Assembly: GCF_000143415.4 (NCBI RefSeq)
Contig: NW_003314269.1
Span: 740,851-804,850 of the forward strand
Length of the DNA stretch: 64,000 nt
Direction: 5' to 3'
Origin: Selaginella moellendorffii
Lineage: Eukaryota > Plantae > Lycopodiophyta
The position numbers were made by a program, and so were the translations under genes. The notes under the pieces are model-generated. The model was not told where the DNA came from. It saw only the letters and a program-made list of their open reading frames with translations, and made no database searches. Below are positions 61,947 through 64,000 of this stretch, piece after piece; position 1 is the first letter of the stretch, and the number at the start of each line of letters is the position of its first letter.

Positions 61947-63480
61947 TTACCTCCTTGAGGTTGAAAGCAGCTCATGAAATCCTTTGAGCTGACATTTAAA
62001 AAAATGATATTTTTCAATAGTAAACACCAACCTACTAGAGTTATGTACTGTCTCCACTATAGAACCATTGTTTGTTGTGCAATCAATCACAACACCATTT
62101 GGTGGGCAATAGAGTTCAAGCAAGACTTGCATTGCTGATTGAGTTGAAAATTAATACTTAGAAAATGTCTTGTATGAAACTTGTCATATGAATTTTTACA
62201 GAAGGCATGATAGGTCATTATAACTTAGAAAATAAGAAAGTTTAAAAATTAGATAAAAATATGAAATACCTACTCACCTTTTTAGGCTTTCCTTTAATAC
62301 CTCTAGTATCGACACCAATAAAATCTATAATGCATTTAGAAGAGAACAACTTGAAACAAACTTGTATTGCATATATCATAAGTTTATACATCCAGTTAAA
62401 GTTGTTTGGTAGGATGAAAACAATATAACTAACTTCAAGCATAAGTGTTTCTGACAAAAGAATGCATCATGCATGTGGTTGGGTGTGAGAAAGTTCTAGT
62501 CTTTGACTTTCTCATTAAAAAAACTATTTGGAAAGTCAAAGAATATAAAGTTTGCAATTAAGAGTAAAGGCTTTTATATCTTTCGGTTTTAGTGGTTGAA
62601 TTGGTGCTATATATACATGTTCATGTGATCTTCCATTAAAGACACTAACAATCTATTGTGAGGGCCAATAAAGACTCGGTGTATTATTAAGGTAATATGA
62701 TAGACTTATAGAAGAGCTAAGTGAATGAAAAAAGAAATAAATAATACACTAATATTATATGGCATGTTTTCGATAAGAGTTCCTTCAACTCTTTCTCATA
62801 AGCATCTTGTTGAGTTAAAATGAAATTACTACCAACAGTCATTGCTACAAAAAAATATATATTACCATTTTTGGTTTGTAAATGATGGTGGAACTAAAAC
62901 TTAATCTTAGCTGTTTGGTGGTGAAACGCCTCTTAGTCTATTATAAAGGTCTCCTTCCCTAGGAACTCCAACTCCCAAGAGCATTCTATTTTATATGCAT
63001 TTGGAATTTTTGCAAACATTATTGGGTGTATTCATAACTGTTTATTGTGCCACCTCCAAACCTAAAAGGAAATATAAGAAATCTCAAGCTAAGAGAAGAA
63101 AAAGGAAAATCTGGAAAGTATTCTATTTTATCTATCTATATGCTGGTGCCCAACTAGAAGCATGAGATTAATGGATCCAAAAATGCAAGTTGGATTATCA
63201 TTTTTGCATCAGTGGTGTCCTTGTTGTTGTGGTGATTCCGCTCACTGGCCTTGCCTTCTTCTTTTCTGCGGCCATTCAAGGTCTCTGATTATGGTTGCCT
63301 TCATTGCATGTGTGACGCCATCACAACTCCATGTATTTCAGGTAATTGGCGAGGGATGAGGTTGTCTCCTTGATTGCGAGGATTATATATGTTTCCTGTC
63401 CTAGTCGATGTCTGGGGCAAGATTTGCTCTTTGAGCCCTTACTTTTTACTGCTCACACCCTATTTAGCATGGAGCTCAGC
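61947..63480 (-). pseudogene. Decayed beta-class amino (N4-cytosine/N6-adenine) DNA methyltransferase-like gene, possibly with an N-terminal ParB-like domain
   Basis: Motif-IV-like ANFIFFDFPNS (62523-62558) precedes motif-X/I-like MQVLLELYCPPNGVVIDCTTNNGSIVETVHNSSRLVFTIEK (within ORF 61947-62132); EGNHNQRP*M at ~63273-63302; GT-AG introns; stops. Confidence 0.55.
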
Positions 63481-64000
63481 TACGTCAAGGATCCCACATT
63501 ACAAAAAGCTGGCTGCCCATAAACAAATGCGAAAAAGAAAAATAAAGTCTAATAGTATTTTGCTTCACACGCAGTAACCCAATTTAGCTAAGAGACACAA
63601 AAAGGCAAATTACAGCTAAAACATCTATGCAATTTCCCTCTAGTCCCAGCTAAAGTGGTTGCCATTCAAATGTTCTAGCACTATTAAATCTAGTGATCTA
63701 TCCACTGTGAAAAATGCACAAAAGAAACAAACCAAATTGATCAAGACCTTTCAACTTGTCTCCGTTTCCAAATATGATGATCAGACATAAAGCCCTAGAC
63801 TTGTGTGCTGTCACATTTTTCTATTTCCCCACATGTCCAATAACAGTTTCAGATTCTCATTAGCAGATTTTTTTTTTAGAAAAATAAATATTTTATAGAA
63901 AATTAAATATAAAATATTAATATCTTAACTATTCATAAGCTCTATACTATTTTCTAACTTACATATGTTATTATACTTACATACACTATAGTAAATCAAA

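Overview
Eukaryotic land-plant nuclear DNA, most likely the lycophyte Selaginella moellendorffii (inferred from ~50-70 bp introns, very tight gene packing and GC-rich intronless PLS-type PPR genes). The window alternates GC-rich gene islands (1-13.1 kb, 24.6-26.6 kb, 48.5-58.6 kb) with AT-rich decayed blocks (13.1-24.4 kb, 26.6-48.4 kb, 59.4-64 kb). Genes: the end of an RLCK kinase, a RING protein, PrfB2, an F-box protein, tRNA-Ala(TGC), an At5g27290-like M41-type protein, two PPRs, HEIP1, PEX4, CYP22, an ACAD8-like dehydrogenase, a stand-alone PPO KFDV-domain protein, a PATROL1/Munc13-like gene, a BAHD acyltransferase, a NOL7/Bud21-like protein and a secreted EG45/PNP-like protein. Mobile DNA: two nested LTR-retrotransposon pairs (three elements with readable TSDs), a hAT MITE and CACTA-like remnants. 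The most interesting signals lie in the decayed blocks and at gene junctions: (i) a decayed gene whose motif order fits a bacterial-type beta-class N4-cytosine/N6-adenine DNA methyltransferase, possibly with an upstream ParB-like motif (61.9-63.5 kb); (ii) an intact, ~23% GC, intronless secreted protein fusing an unknown (possibly KP4-toxin-like) domain to a bulb-type lectin (47.4-48.3 kb); (iii) an aerolysin-type pore-forming-toxin pseudogene (27.3-28.2 kb) that shares an upstream sequence block with (ii); (iv) a chain of splice sites linking the PATROL1-like stop codon to the orphan PPO C-terminal-domain ORF. All calls come from reading motifs by eye; no database search was run.
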